Assembly (NCBI GenBank): GCA_007116145.1
Contig: SKJB01000019.1
Span: 10,868-74,867, forward strand
Direction of reading: 5' to 3'
DNA from: Limnochordia bacterium
Lineage (GTDB): Bacteria; Bacillota; Limnochordia; Darwinibacteriales; DTU012
DNA: 64,000 nucleotides
The notes under the pieces are model-generated. The model was not told where the DNA came from. It searched no databases and worked only from the letters and a program-made list of their open reading frames with translations. Made by a program: the position numbers and the translations under genes. Shown one piece after another: positions 48,687 through 58,250 of the stretch (its first letter is position 1; every line of letters begins with the position of its first letter).

Positions 48687-49466
48687 TTGAATGATCTAAC
48701 AAGTAAAAAAGGGTTTATTTGTGACATGGATGGTGTAATATATCATGGAAACCATGTTCTTCCTGGTGCATTAGCTTTTGTCAATTGGCTTAAGCAAGAG
48801 GATAAGGGATTCATTTTCTTAACGAATAGTAGTGAACGCTCACCTAAAGAATTGCAACAGAAGCTTAACCGCTTAGGTATCGAGGTGGACGAAAGCCATT
48901 TTCACACCAGTGCGTTAGCAACAGCCAGCTTCTTAGCGAGCCAGTGTCCCAATGGTAGCGTCTATGTAATTGGTGAAACAGGATTAACCAAAGCACTCTA
49001 CGATGCAGGATTCTCCATGAATGATGTGAACCCAGATTACGTCGTAGTAGGCGAAACCCGCTCATATAGTTTCGAAAAAATTGAACGTGCTGTGCGGTTA
49101 GTACTAGACGGCGCCAAATTAATCGGAACGAACCCAGACCTAACAGGTCCAACTGAAGGCGGTATTGTCCCAGCAACGAAGGCCTTAATCGCGCCCATTG
49201 AATTGGCTACACGCCGTCTGGCCTATTTTATTGGTAAGCCAAATCCACTCATGATGCGACACGCAGTTAAAAAGCTCGGGACAAAAACCGAGGAAACTGC
49301 CATTATAGGTGATCGGATGGATACAGATATCATTGCTGGTATTGAGTCTGAACTTGATACCGTTTTAGTCTTAAGCGGTGTCAGCTCTAGAGAGACGGTC
49401 AAACGCTTTCCCTATCAACCCCATTACATACTTGATGGCGTTGGCAATATTGTACCCAAGACATAA
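48687..49466 (+). CDS. HAD-superfamily subfamily IIA hydrolase (NagD/YutF-like sugar-phosphate phosphatase)
   Basis: Motif I is FICDMDGVIY, motif II is FLTNSS, and motif IV is GDRMDTDI; 259 aa with a TTG start. Confidence 0.85.
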   Translation: MNDLTSKKGFICDMDGVIYHGNHVLPGALAFVNWLKQEDKGFIFLTNSSERSPKELQQKLNRLGIEVDESHFHTSALATASFLASQCPNGSVYVIGETGLTKALYDAGFSMNDVNPDYVVVGETRSYSFEKIERAVRLVLDGAKLIGTNPDLTGPTEGGIVPATKALIAPIELATRRLAYFIGKPNPLMMRHAVKKLGTKTEETAIIGDRMDTDIIAGIESELDTVLVLSGVSSRETVKRFPYQPHYILDGVGNIVPKT

Positions 49467-49573
49467 AATGTATCGTTTACTACAGAAAAACAGCTGTATT
49501 GCCTCGGCAACACTGCTGTTTTTCGTAAATCACACCGATAAAGTAACGAAATGATTTTAAGGAGGAGCAAATT

Positions 49574-50752
49574 ATGCTGACGACAAAACACAAAGCAGCT
49601 CCTTGGTTTTTCATCCTTAGTTTATTGTTCATTATCTGTATCCTTACACCAGCGTTCGCCATTACCACATCGGAACTGTCCACAGGGTATTTTACCAACC
49701 CCACCAAAGTAGCACTCGCACCACCGCGAGTCAAATGGACGGTAAATCTTAATGCCCAAGTCTATGCATATCATCCGTTGAATCTTCATACTTTCTTGGT
49801 GGCCACTAACAAGGGATTAGCGAGTATCCCATACGATACTGGGGTCATAGCATGGGTAATGCAACCCCGGGCAGCCACTAGTCTAATTACAGCTGGTGCA
49901 TTAGTCGATGATATCTGGCTCTATCAAACGGCAAACGGAAATGCCATACAACGTCAGGTAGTCTTGGAAAACCGCTTGTTGAAACGCAACCATATAGCAA
50001 CGCGGCTAAATTGGGAGATCAGCTCTCCAGGGCAACTTATCAGCAACACAAACAGATCAGACGCCGAAACCCAGATACATCTATACCAAAATTTTAGCAA
50101 TCTGCTGATAGCTGTCGATAAAAGCGGGCAATTACGCTGGACATATCCAGCAAACACTAAAGTTAAACACACCCACCGTTTGCCTAATTACATACTCTTT
50201 GGTGAGCAAAATCGGTGGGTTATTCTAGATAGTGTGAGCGGTCAACGTATTACCCACAGCACCCTGTCTGGAACACCTGTAGCTACTCCCTACGAAAGTA
50301 ACCAGTCTGTCTATATAATGGAACAAGATAGAACCAATGTATTTTTATCACGCTGGAGTTTAGAGGGGCAACTTTGGTGGCGCAAAAACATAGATGGACA
50401 TAGTATCGTAAACGTCGGTTACATAACGGCAACAGAAAACGAACTTGTTTTAGCGTATAACACGAGTATTAATCAATCGAAGGTCATGGGTTTCCACAAA
50501 AAAACTGGAGATATTTTATGGACACACCAGTTTTTAGAACCGATCTCAACCCAACCACTCCCCTTAGCATCCATGGTATACCTCGGTTATTATGGTTATG
50601 TACGCGGAATTGAGTCCAGCACTGGTTCGCTACTATGGGAAACAGATTTTCCTGGCATCGTCCATAGTCTCAATCATCAGAGTAATCTGGAGGCACTAGT
50701 GGTTATAAGTGACCAAGGAATCGTACACAGCATTGGACCTATTTCTCCGTAA
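49574..50752 (+). CDS. Secreted protein, probably beta-propeller (PQQ-like repeat) fold, unknown function
   Basis: It has the signal peptide MLTTKHKAAPWFFILSLLFIICILTPAFA. Its short repeats rich in W, Y and G are suggestive, not diagnostic. Confidence 0.4.
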   Translation: MLTTKHKAAPWFFILSLLFIICILTPAFAITTSELSTGYFTNPTKVALAPPRVKWTVNLNAQVYAYHPLNLHTFLVATNKGLASIPYDTGVIAWVMQPRAATSLITAGALVDDIWLYQTANGNAIQRQVVLENRLLKRNHIATRLNWEISSPGQLISNTNRSDAETQIHLYQNFSNLLIAVDKSGQLRWTYPANTKVKHTHRLPNYILFGEQNRWVILDSVSGQRITHSTLSGTPVATPYESNQSVYIMEQDRTNVFLSRWSLEGQLWWRKNIDGHSIVNVGYITATENELVLAYNTSINQSKVMGFHKKTGDILWTHQFLEPISTQPLPLASMVYLGYYGYVRGIESSTGSLLWETDFPGIVHSLNHQSNLEALVVISDQGIVHSIGPISP

Positions 50753-50788
50753 GCAAAAAGGCTCGAATACAACCAATCAGGAAATCGC

Positions 50789-51055
50789 TTATTTATTTTT
50801 TTGCTCTAACCTGTAAATAAAAGCAAGAATTTGGGCAACGGCTACAAATAACTCCTCAGGTATTTCTTGATTAAGCTCGACATTTATAAGGTTATCAATA
50901 ATTTGCGAATCCTGCATCACAGGGATATCATGTTCGAGGGCAAGGGATTGTATTCTCTCTGCGAGCAATCCTTGGCCTTTGGCTAGTACTCTTGGAGCTT
51001 GATCCTCTGCCCGATCATATCCGAGTGCGACGGCCTTTGCTGTTTTTCTTACCAC
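50789..51055 (-). CDS. FlhB/EscU C-terminal-domain protein (YlqH-like)
   Basis: AVALGYDRAEDQAPRVLAKGQGLLAERIQSLALEHDIPVMQDSQIIDNL...IPEELFVAVAQILAFIY matches the FlhB cytoplasmic domain pattern (AVAL.YD...AP.VVAKG.G..A..I...A.E..VP..ED..LA..L......IP.ELY.AVAEILA.VY); 88 aa. Confidence 0.75.
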   Translation of the reverse strand: MVRKTAKAVALGYDRAEDQAPRVLAKGQGLLAERIQSLALEHDIPVMQDSQIIDNLINVELNQEIPEELFVAVAQILAFIYRLEQKNK

Positions 51056-51071
51056 TAACTACACCATCCTT

Positions 51072-52418
51072 TCATACCTGCAAATCAATGGATGTCTTGG
51101 GTTTGGGGTAAACATGATCCACAATACTCCGACGCAGTGGTTTAATTCCTAAGTACGTATCCACTTCCGTAATACTGTATCCAGAGTCTGTCAGTATCTG
51201 CAAGAGCTGAGAACTGTGCTTTTTAAACGCATTTCGGCATTTGTCTTCTGCAAACCCAATCTGCATGGTCAAGTTCATCTGCTGCATTCCAAGATGCAGT
51301 AACATACTACCAAGATATTCCGTTGTCACAGCGAGATGCACATGGAAGAGAACTCCTTGTTTAGTAGCTGCTGACTTTTGTTCCTCTTCATCAGGGTGAA
51401 TCAGCAATTCTACCAATCGTAGCTGTTCTTCAACAAAGAGCGGTATCTGCACATAAAATCCATTGGTCCCACTATCCTGCAGTGCTACATTTACCAAGCG
51501 CTCGCCAGTTAATTCCGACACCAGCGAAGTTAACTGTTTGGTCAAAGTAATGAGGGTTCGACCTACGTCTGGGACGTTTGGGACCTCCAAATCCTTAACT
51601 GTCAACACGTGTTCCGATAGTTTTTCCGATGCTTTATCCGACAAGTGTTCCGGCCCATGTTCCGACAGTTGTTCCAACAGCTGTTCCTCAGAAACGGAAG
51701 GAGGAGACTGCGAAATCTCCTCTAAAACAGCAATAATATCAGGAATATAAGCTGCATTTGCTTGCCTAGCTGTGACAAACTCAAATAAGGAGTTCTCATC
51801 TTGGACAAGTTTGCCTAAACTAGACCACACAATCCCCTCAAACAAGGAATAAAGCCGTGCTTCTAGCTTGGTAGAAACAGTCGGCCTCTCACTAATTAGA
51901 TCGGAAAAATTACGAGTTTCTGCTCTATCCAAGAATCCATTCCACCACTCAACCGTTCCTTTTGTCAAAGGCACTTGGGCTTTAAGCAGAAGTGCCAAAC
52001 CATTTAGTTGATCTAAAAATGTGGAATCTTGCATAGCTGGTAAGAACTGCCACAGCTTATTGCCTACATTCGTTGTAATCGGGATGTTTAGTCGGGCTAA
52101 TCCATGAATAATTGCATTTTCCTTAACAGACATACTCGTACGTTCATCCTGGTTAGATACAATCGAGAGAATGATTTGGCTCCCCGTTTTCTGAATCTGC
52201 ACACTTAATTGCATGCCTTCCTGTAATGGAATCTTAGATTGCGCACTAAATAATTGACCTTGCCAACTTAACATCGCCTTACCATCCGCAATTTTTTGCA
52301 CCATAACCTGGAGAATAGAACCCTCGTCGAGCTGAGACCAGAAATCTCCTGATGGCGTGGTGAGTTCCGGCAAAGCTTTTGTGGTGTGGAACAAACGGGA
52401 AATCAAATTGTCCATCAT
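51072..52418 (-). CDS. YlqG-like protein of unknown function (possibly FliK-like hook-length-type domain); partner of the FlhB-domain protein
   Basis: The 448-aa protein contains the segment GSILQVMVQKIADGKAMLSWQGQLFSAQSKIPLQEGMQLSVQIQK, which resembles the FliK-type N-terminal pattern. It sits 16 nt upstream of the YlqH-like gene, as in the Bacillus ylqG-ylqH pair. Confidence 0.45.
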   Translation of the reverse strand: MMDNLISRLFHTTKALPELTTPSGDFWSQLDEGSILQVMVQKIADGKAMLSWQGQLFSAQSKIPLQEGMQLSVQIQKTGSQIILSIVSNQDERTSMSVKENAIIHGLARLNIPITTNVGNKLWQFLPAMQDSTFLDQLNGLALLLKAQVPLTKGTVEWWNGFLDRAETRNFSDLISERPTVSTKLEARLYSLFEGIVWSSLGKLVQDENSLFEFVTARQANAAYIPDIIAVLEEISQSPPSVSEEQLLEQLSEHGPEHLSDKASEKLSEHVLTVKDLEVPNVPDVGRTLITLTKQLTSLVSELTGERLVNVALQDSGTNGFYVQIPLFVEEQLRLVELLIHPDEEEQKSAATKQGVLFHVHLAVTTEYLGSMLLHLGMQQMNLTMQIGFAEDKCRNAFKKHSSQLLQILTDSGYSITEVDTYLGIKPLRRSIVDHVYPKPKTSIDLQV

Positions 52419-52456
52419 TCACTCACTCCATAAACAATTTTACGCTGACAAACCAT

Positions 52457-53962
52457 TTAGTTTCTAAATTTTAGCACTGAGCCTAACGACTCCGTAACCT
52501 GATCGATATTGCGCTTAATGCGGGGTATCGTCAGCCATTTTCTCCGATAGCGGTCAAAAAACGACTTAACCACTGTGGGTTCCACCACGTGAGCAACGTG
52601 AGATAACTCGGCTTGATTCGACCATACTAGTACAGAATCATTTTCAGTAATCCACAAGGAATACGTATCGAGCTGCGGTGCTAAACCGAGTCTAAACTCA
52701 CTCGATGTTCTTAGTATCTCAATCATGTGATATACGTGATCTACTCTGTGATCCTGACTAATCTCTATTGGCTTCCCTACAAGCAGTGATAAATAGTGAC
52801 AAAAGAATACTTGCTCGGAGATATATTGAATGAATCCTTCTTCAGGAATTGCAAGGTACGTTGCATTTGTTAGACTAGCATTTGTGTTATGCTGGTGAAA
52901 CCGTTTATAACAGCCCACAATCTGTTCAAAAACTGCATTGTCTACGTTGTTCGCGCGCAAGACATCACAGAAAAGCTCTAGAGGCATGGTAAGGAATAAA
53001 GGATAATAGCAAGATATTAGTTGGTCACCTTTAACAGGCAGTGCACTCAATTTATCGTCTATAAGTGGTAGAAATCGTTCAGGCGGACAGATTTGAATGA
53101 GCTGTTTACACTGGCTTTGCATTCCATAAAACACGGATGTGTATTGTGACAACGAGAGAGGATCCCTAACTAAACTTGTACATATCGCCTCTTCGGCATC
53201 TGCTGAGGTGATTCCTGTTAAAGCCATAGCTTGGTTCGCCACAAAAATTGTTTGTAAGCTAGTTGGATCTACATACATAGGTAAGAACCATGACTCGATC
53301 TGTCCTGTTAAATGCAATGGGATCCAGTAATCCAATATAGAATCAATACAAGTGGGATTTCGATCAACCCAATGAATGATTTTGATATGATGTCCGCGCT
53401 TCAAGATTTGCATTAATAAGTGCTGCCATTTTCTAAGAAAGTCATGATCTTCCGTTAACCAATTCATCGATTCTTGACTGACTAGCAGTAACTGAACTTT
53501 TCGATTGATGGAGAGCACTTCGTTGAGAAAAAATAATACCGCACTCCGTTTTCCTTCATTTCCTTGCCAGATCCGGATACTAGCCTCATAGGATCCGTCT
53601 GGTTGGCGAGAGATAACCTCTTTTTTACTGTCAGCATAACTAAGAAAAACCGAATCCGTCAACCAGCGTCCCAAGCACTTTACCTTGTCTTCTAGGCTCT
53701 TAGTGGTAATTTCAGGTTCAATTTGCTTTAACAGATCAGCAATGATATGAACACCTTGCTGATCTTCACTCGCTAAAAGAAACTCAGCTATTAAGTTCAC
53801 GTGTTCTGAGCCTAACGTCAGAGTGCGCCGCTTGTTCTTCCATTTGCTAACCAAAGTGTTATCTACATGAATAGCAGCAGCCAGTTCCTGCCCCGAAACC
53901 TGCAAGGTATCCATTATTAAGCCTAAACGTGACTGATTATGCAACCGCTCTAGTTTGTTCAT
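52457..53962 (-). CDS. Large (501-aa) protein with an N-terminal XRE-type HTH and about 430 aa of unassigned C-terminal domain
   Basis: Residues 13-45 (LIMDTLQVSGQELAAAIHVDNTLVSKWKNKRR) are a classic XRE/Cro HTH. The remainder is Cys/Trp-containing with no motif I recognise. It lies 38 nt upstream of the YlqG-like gene on the same strand. Confidence 0.5.
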   Translation of the reverse strand: MNKLERLHNQSRLGLIMDTLQVSGQELAAAIHVDNTLVSKWKNKRRTLTLGSEHVNLIAEFLLASEDQQGVHIIADLLKQIEPEITTKSLEDKVKCLGRWLTDSVFLSYADSKKEVISRQPDGSYEASIRIWQGNEGKRSAVLFFLNEVLSINRKVQLLLVSQESMNWLTEDHDFLRKWQHLLMQILKRGHHIKIIHWVDRNPTCIDSILDYWIPLHLTGQIESWFLPMYVDPTSLQTIFVANQAMALTGITSADAEEAICTSLVRDPLSLSQYTSVFYGMQSQCKQLIQICPPERFLPLIDDKLSALPVKGDQLISCYYPLFLTMPLELFCDVLRANNVDNAVFEQIVGCYKRFHQHNTNASLTNATYLAIPEEGFIQYISEQVFFCHYLSLLVGKPIEISQDHRVDHVYHMIEILRTSSEFRLGLAPQLDTYSLWITENDSVLVWSNQAELSHVAHVVEPTVVKSFFDRYRRKWLTIPRIKRNIDQVTESLGSVLKFRN

Positions 53963-54237
53963 CAGACTTCATCGGACTCCTCCCGTTGCTATAGTTTCCA
54001 CCATATTAAGTATAAGTCTGCACTGCTAGATATGACAAGAGCTTCTTACCCGCCGTTTACTTCGTTTCAGCGATCAAACGTAGGACAACTCTCTATATCT
54101 GCTTATCGCTTAGGGTTTCTCATGTTTTCATTGATGTATACTGGTATTTTTAGCGTCTGTAGTGTTTCAGTGTTCCATCCCTTGCATACCTTACACCATG
54201 AGCTTTATTAGTAAATACAGATAAGGAGTAGACATAT

Positions 54238-56088
54238 ATGTGTGGAATTACAGGATGGATCGATTGGCAAGCAGATTTATCAGAACAAAATCATGTGGTG
54301 AAACGAATGACCGCTACCCTTCATTTGCGTGGTCCAGACGATACTAGTACATGGTGTAGTAAGCATATAGGCCTTGGCCATACTCGGTTGGTGGTAGTGG
54401 ATCCAGTCGGCGGTAAACAACCAATGGTTCGTTTTAGAGAAGCAACCGAGGATGAAGTGGTGTTAGTGTATAACGGAGAACTATATAATACGGAAAAACT
54501 GCGTAAGGAGCTGCTATTACTCGGTTATCGGTTTCAAGGCCATTCTGACACAGAGGTACTATTAACATCCTATCTACAATGGGGAACGGCGTGTGTTCAC
54601 AAGCTCAACGGCATATTCGCATTCGCCATCTGGGATAGCAGTAATCAGCAGGCTTTTCTTGCTAGGGATCGTTTAGGGGTAAAACCCCTATTCTATCGGC
54701 AGCATAATAGCCAGTTACTCTTTGGCTCCGAGATCAAAGCCCTATTAGCCCACCCGCAAGTGAAAGCGAGGGTTGATGACGAGGGTTTAGCTGAACTCTT
54801 TGGCTTAGGACCTGCACGCACACCGGGTCATGGGCTTTTTTACGGCCTCCACGAGTTGCGTCCAGGCCATGCACTCATCTATTCGCGAGAGCGCTTTCAA
54901 ATTCATCCGTATTGGCAACTAAAGAGTGAGAAACATTGCGATGATCTTGAAACCACACAACATCGAGTTCGTGATTTAGTCCACAATGCCATCACGCGCC
55001 AACTAGTAGCTGATGTACCTGTATGCACATTCTTATCCGGAGGCTTAGATTCAAGCGCTATTACTGCTATAGCGGCTAAAAGCTTGCGCCAACAAGGACG
55101 GGGCCCACTGCATACTTACTCCATTGACTATCAAGACAATGAGCAGTACTTTCAAGCAGACTCCTATCAACCAAACTCCGATAGCCATTGGATTGACATC
55201 ATGTCACAAGCAGCACGGTCTATCCATCATAGCTTCGTCATTCCAACAAAGGATTTGGTAGCGTACCTTAAAATGGCCGTTATCGTTAGAGATCAACCAG
55301 GTATGGCAGATATTGACTCCTCCCTCCTCTGGTTTTGTCAACAAGTAAAAAAGGAAGCCACCGTCGCTTTGTCTGGCGAATGTGCTGACGAAATATTTGG
55401 GGGATATCCATGGTTTCATAATCCAGACCAAACAGGGTCTGATCACTTTCCTTGGATGCAATCGACTTCCGCTCGAGAAGATCTCCTACAGCCCAAGTGG
55501 CAGAAGAAGCTCAATATCAAACAGTATGTAACACAACGCTATTTACAGACGCTTAAGGAAGTCCCTCACCTGACTGGCGAGAGTGCATCAGAAGCGAAAC
55601 GAAGAGAACTATTCTATTTAAATATAGTTTGGTTCATGACCACGCTGCTTGATCGCAAGGATCGCATGAGTATGGGAGCGAGCCTCGAAGTACGTGTTCC
55701 ATTCGCTGATCATCACCTTGTAGAATACGTTTGGAATATCCCATGGGAGTTTAAAGCGATTGATGCCCGAGAGAAAGGCATATTACGACGAGCACTTACA
55801 GGCATTTTACCGTCTGAAATTCTCAATCGCAAGAAGAGCCCCTACCCAAAAACTCATAATCCCATTTACACAAAAGCTGTTAGGGATTGGTTATCAGAAA
55901 TTATTGCCACTCCTCATGCTCCACTGTTAGAGCTTGTGTCCAAAGAAAAGCTAATACAGCTAATTGAGACGGACGGGCAAAGTTTCAACAGACCCTGGTT
56001 TGGCCAACTAATGACTGGACCGCAACTCATGGCCTACCTTGCCCAAGTCAATACTTGGTTTGAACACTACAACATTCAAGTGCACTAA
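54238..56088 (+). CDS. asnB: Asparagine synthetase (glutamine-hydrolysing)
   Basis: The N-terminal MCGITGW has the Ntn Cys2, and the PP-loop is SGGLDSS; 616 aa. Confidence 0.9.
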   Translation: MCGITGWIDWQADLSEQNHVVKRMTATLHLRGPDDTSTWCSKHIGLGHTRLVVVDPVGGKQPMVRFREATEDEVVLVYNGELYNTEKLRKELLLLGYRFQGHSDTEVLLTSYLQWGTACVHKLNGIFAFAIWDSSNQQAFLARDRLGVKPLFYRQHNSQLLFGSEIKALLAHPQVKARVDDEGLAELFGLGPARTPGHGLFYGLHELRPGHALIYSRERFQIHPYWQLKSEKHCDDLETTQHRVRDLVHNAITRQLVADVPVCTFLSGGLDSSAITAIAAKSLRQQGRGPLHTYSIDYQDNEQYFQADSYQPNSDSHWIDIMSQAARSIHHSFVIPTKDLVAYLKMAVIVRDQPGMADIDSSLLWFCQQVKKEATVALSGECADEIFGGYPWFHNPDQTGSDHFPWMQSTSAREDLLQPKWQKKLNIKQYVTQRYLQTLKEVPHLTGESASEAKRRELFYLNIVWFMTTLLDRKDRMSMGASLEVRVPFADHHLVEYVWNIPWEFKAIDAREKGILRRALTGILPSEILNRKKSPYPKTHNPIYTKAVRDWLSEIIATPHAPLLELVSKEKLIQLIETDGQSFNRPWFGQLMTGPQLMAYLAQVNTWFEHYNIQVH

Positions 56089-56145
56089 AGAAATAGACCT
56101 CAGTGCTACTAGGGCGCTGCGGTCTATCTCTCTATATCGTCATCT

Positions 56146-56523
56146 CTAATCTTTATCTCTTGTTAGCTTAATTTCGATACTATTTACTAGTGACAGTAAC
56201 TCTGCACGATTGGACACTGGATACAGGCTGGTTAATTTATCTCCGAAAAAAGGTTTCTGATAATTACTCTCCTTGCTCTCTTCATTTATTATGGCAGAAG
56301 TAGACTTAGGAGTCGCTAACATCCGCTTAATTGTTTGTACATCCAAGTTCTCTTTTATCAATCCTTTAATCGTAAGTAAACGTTGGATATCCTCATCGGT
56401 AAAGCGCCTTTGCTTGCCTTCGGTGCGTTGAACTGTAATTAAACCAGTGGACTCATAATAGCGAATTTGTCGAGCTGTTAATCCCGTTCTCTCTTGCACA
56501 GTACCAATGGAGTACATCGTCAT
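56146..56523 (-). CDS. glnR: MerR-family nitrogen regulator of the GlnR/TnrA type
   Basis: SIGTVQERTGLTARQIRYYESTGLI matches the GlnR/TnrA HTH (ARQIRYYE). The 125-aa protein is divergent from glnA1. Confidence 0.75.
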   Translation of the reverse strand: MTMYSIGTVQERTGLTARQIRYYESTGLITVQRTEGKQRRFTDEDIQRLLTIKGLIKENLDVQTIKRMLATPKSTSAIINEESKESNYQKPFFGDKLTSLYPVSNRAELLSLVNSIEIKLTRDKD

Positions 56524-56690
56524 CTCTCCTCGTAGAATCTGTGTCAGCTTAATAGGTTAATGATAGCAAATTAATCGCTTTTCGTCAACTTGAACTAAAT
56601 ACCATCAGGGCAGAGCGGCAAAAACCTTACATATACATGTATACAAACAAATTGTTTACACAAAATACCCAGTTTATACCTAACGCATAC

Positions 56691-56720
56691 TTGACATAAG
56701 CAAGTAGTCGTTGATAGAAT
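56691..56720 (+). promoter_or_regulatory. Sigma-A-type promoter of glnA1
   Basis: TTGACA, an 18-nt spacer and TAGAAT lie about 60 nt upstream of the glnA1 RBS. The inverted repeat AAACAA-A-TTGTTT (56646-56658) just upstream is a candidate operator. Confidence 0.5.
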
Positions 56721-56784
56721 AAACGTATCGAAGAAATTGATGTCAGCTTTCATCTATACCCACCTTAAAAGAGGAGTGAGCAGT

Positions 56785-58113
56785 ATGACAAAGTATTCTA
56801 AAGAAGATGTATTACGATTAACCCAGGAAGAGGATGTAAAACTTATTCGATTACAGTTCTCCGATATCTTAGGCACAACGAAAAATGTAACGATTGCAGT
56901 GGACCAACTACCAAAAGCATTAGATAATGAAATGATGTTTGATGGTTCATCCATTCAAGGGTTTGTTCGCATTCAGGAGTCTGATATGTATCTCTATCCT
57001 GACCCCAATACGTTTGTAATTCTACCTTGGCAGAGTAACGGATGTAAAGCTGCTCGACTCATCTGTGATGTTTATCTACCGAATGGCGAACCTTTTCCTG
57101 GTTGTCCCCGTGGTGTTTTAAAGAAGGCACTAGCAAAAGCCAAAGATATGGGCTACACCATGTATGTTGGTCCTGAACCAGAATTTTTCTTGTTTAAGAC
57201 TGACCAACAAGGTAACCCTATCATGGAAACCAATGACACTGGAGGTTATTTTGATCTCTCCCCCCTTGATAAAGGCGAAGAGGCACGAGAAAGCATTGTG
57301 TTTGCCCTACAATCCATGGGATTTGAAATCGAGGCATCCCATCACGAAGTGGCTCCTGGACAACACGAAATTGATTTCAAATATGATGATGCCCTCAGCA
57401 CCGCGGACAACGTAGCTACTTTCCGATTTGTTACTCGAACAATAGCCAAAAACTATGGTCTGCACGCATCGTTTATGCCAAAACCAGTATTTGGTATCAA
57501 TGGATCTGGTATGCATGTCCACCAGTCTCTCTTTACAGATGGCAAGAATGTATTCTATGATCCAGAAACTGGTGGGCTTAGTGATACAGCCAAACATTAT
57601 ATTGCTGGAATCTTAGAACACGCTAAATGCTTTACAGCGATTACGAACCCGCTAGTTAACTCCTATAAGCGTTTAGTCCCAGGCTACGAAGCACCTGTCT
57701 ATATTGCTTGGTCGGGCAAAAATCGAAGTTCTCTAATTCGAATTCCAGCAGCAACAGGTGTGGCTACTCGGGTCGAACTACGTAGTCCTGATCCAGCCAC
57801 CAATCCCTATTTAGCTTTAGCCGTAATGCTAGAAGCAGGCTTAGATGGAATCCAACGCAAGTTACAACCAGGACCAGAGTGTTCCGATAACATCTTTGAA
57901 ATGACGGAAGAACAACGAATCCAACAAGGTATTCCTAGTTTACCAGGAAGCTTAGAAGAGGCTCTCAAACTTCTACAGCAGGATCCATTAATTCGCGCAG
58001 CCCTCGGTGAGCATGTTTACTCCAACTTCATCAAGGCAAAAACTATTGAGTGGGACCGCTACCGAACCCAAGTGCACACCTGGGAACACGATGAATACCT
58101 GTCACTGACTTGA
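56785..58113 (+). CDS. glnA: Glutamine synthetase type I (GSI-alpha), copy 1
   Basis: The sequence [30 protein letters not shown]... carries the conserved GS motifs [22 protein letters not shown] and NPYLALA. The start is taken at ATG 56785 after AAGAGGAG; the track ORF start at 56737 is overextended. Confidence 0.9.
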   Translation: MTKYSKEDVLRLTQEEDVKLIRLQFSDILGTTKNVTIAVDQLPKALDNEMMFDGSSIQGFVRIQESDMYLYPDPNTFVILPWQSNGCKAARLICDVYLPNGEPFPGCPRGVLKKALAKAKDMGYTMYVGPEPEFFLFKTDQQGNPIMETNDTGGYFDLSPLDKGEEARESIVFALQSMGFEIEASHHEVAPGQHEIDFKYDDALSTADNVATFRFVTRTIAKNYGLHASFMPKPVFGINGSGMHVHQSLFTDGKNVFYDPETGGLSDTAKHYIAGILEHAKCFTAITNPLVNSYKRLVPGYEAPVYIAWSGKNRSSLIRIPAATGVATRVELRSPDPATNPYLALAVMLEAGLDGIQRKLQPGPECSDNIFEMTEEQRIQQGIPSLPGSLEEALKLLQQDPLIRAALGEHVYSNFIKAKTIEWDRYRTQVHTWEHDEYLSLT

Positions 58114-58132
58114 TCTCATTAGCATATTAGTC

Positions 58133-58173
58133 AAAAAAGCTTGGGGTGTCACAGGACACTCCAGGCTTTTTTT
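58133..58173 (+). terminator. Rho-independent terminator after glnA1
   Basis: The hairpin GCTTGGGGTGTC-ACAG-GACACTCCAGGC (with G-U pairs) is followed by TTTTTTT. Confidence 0.7.
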
Positions 58174-58250
58174 GGCTGGAACTTCAAGCTTGAAATACGC
58201 TTTGTTTTAGGCTATAGTTAAGAGGGATTAGAGTTTAGGGGGCGGACCCC

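Noticed and set aside
49480-49734. 84-aa minus-strand ORF overlapping the start of the secreted beta-propeller-like gene
   Set aside because: It overlaps the RBS and signal-peptide region of a better-supported plus-strand gene and spans its promoter. It is most likely spurious.
56524-56736. Search for canonical TnrA/GlnR box (TGTNA-N7-TNACA) upstream of glnA1, and also upstream of glnA2 and nadE
   Set aside because: Every TGT occurrence was checked, on both strands via palindromy, and none satisfies the 17-mer. Only a short AAACAA-A-TTGTTT inverted repeat is present, so I make no operator call.
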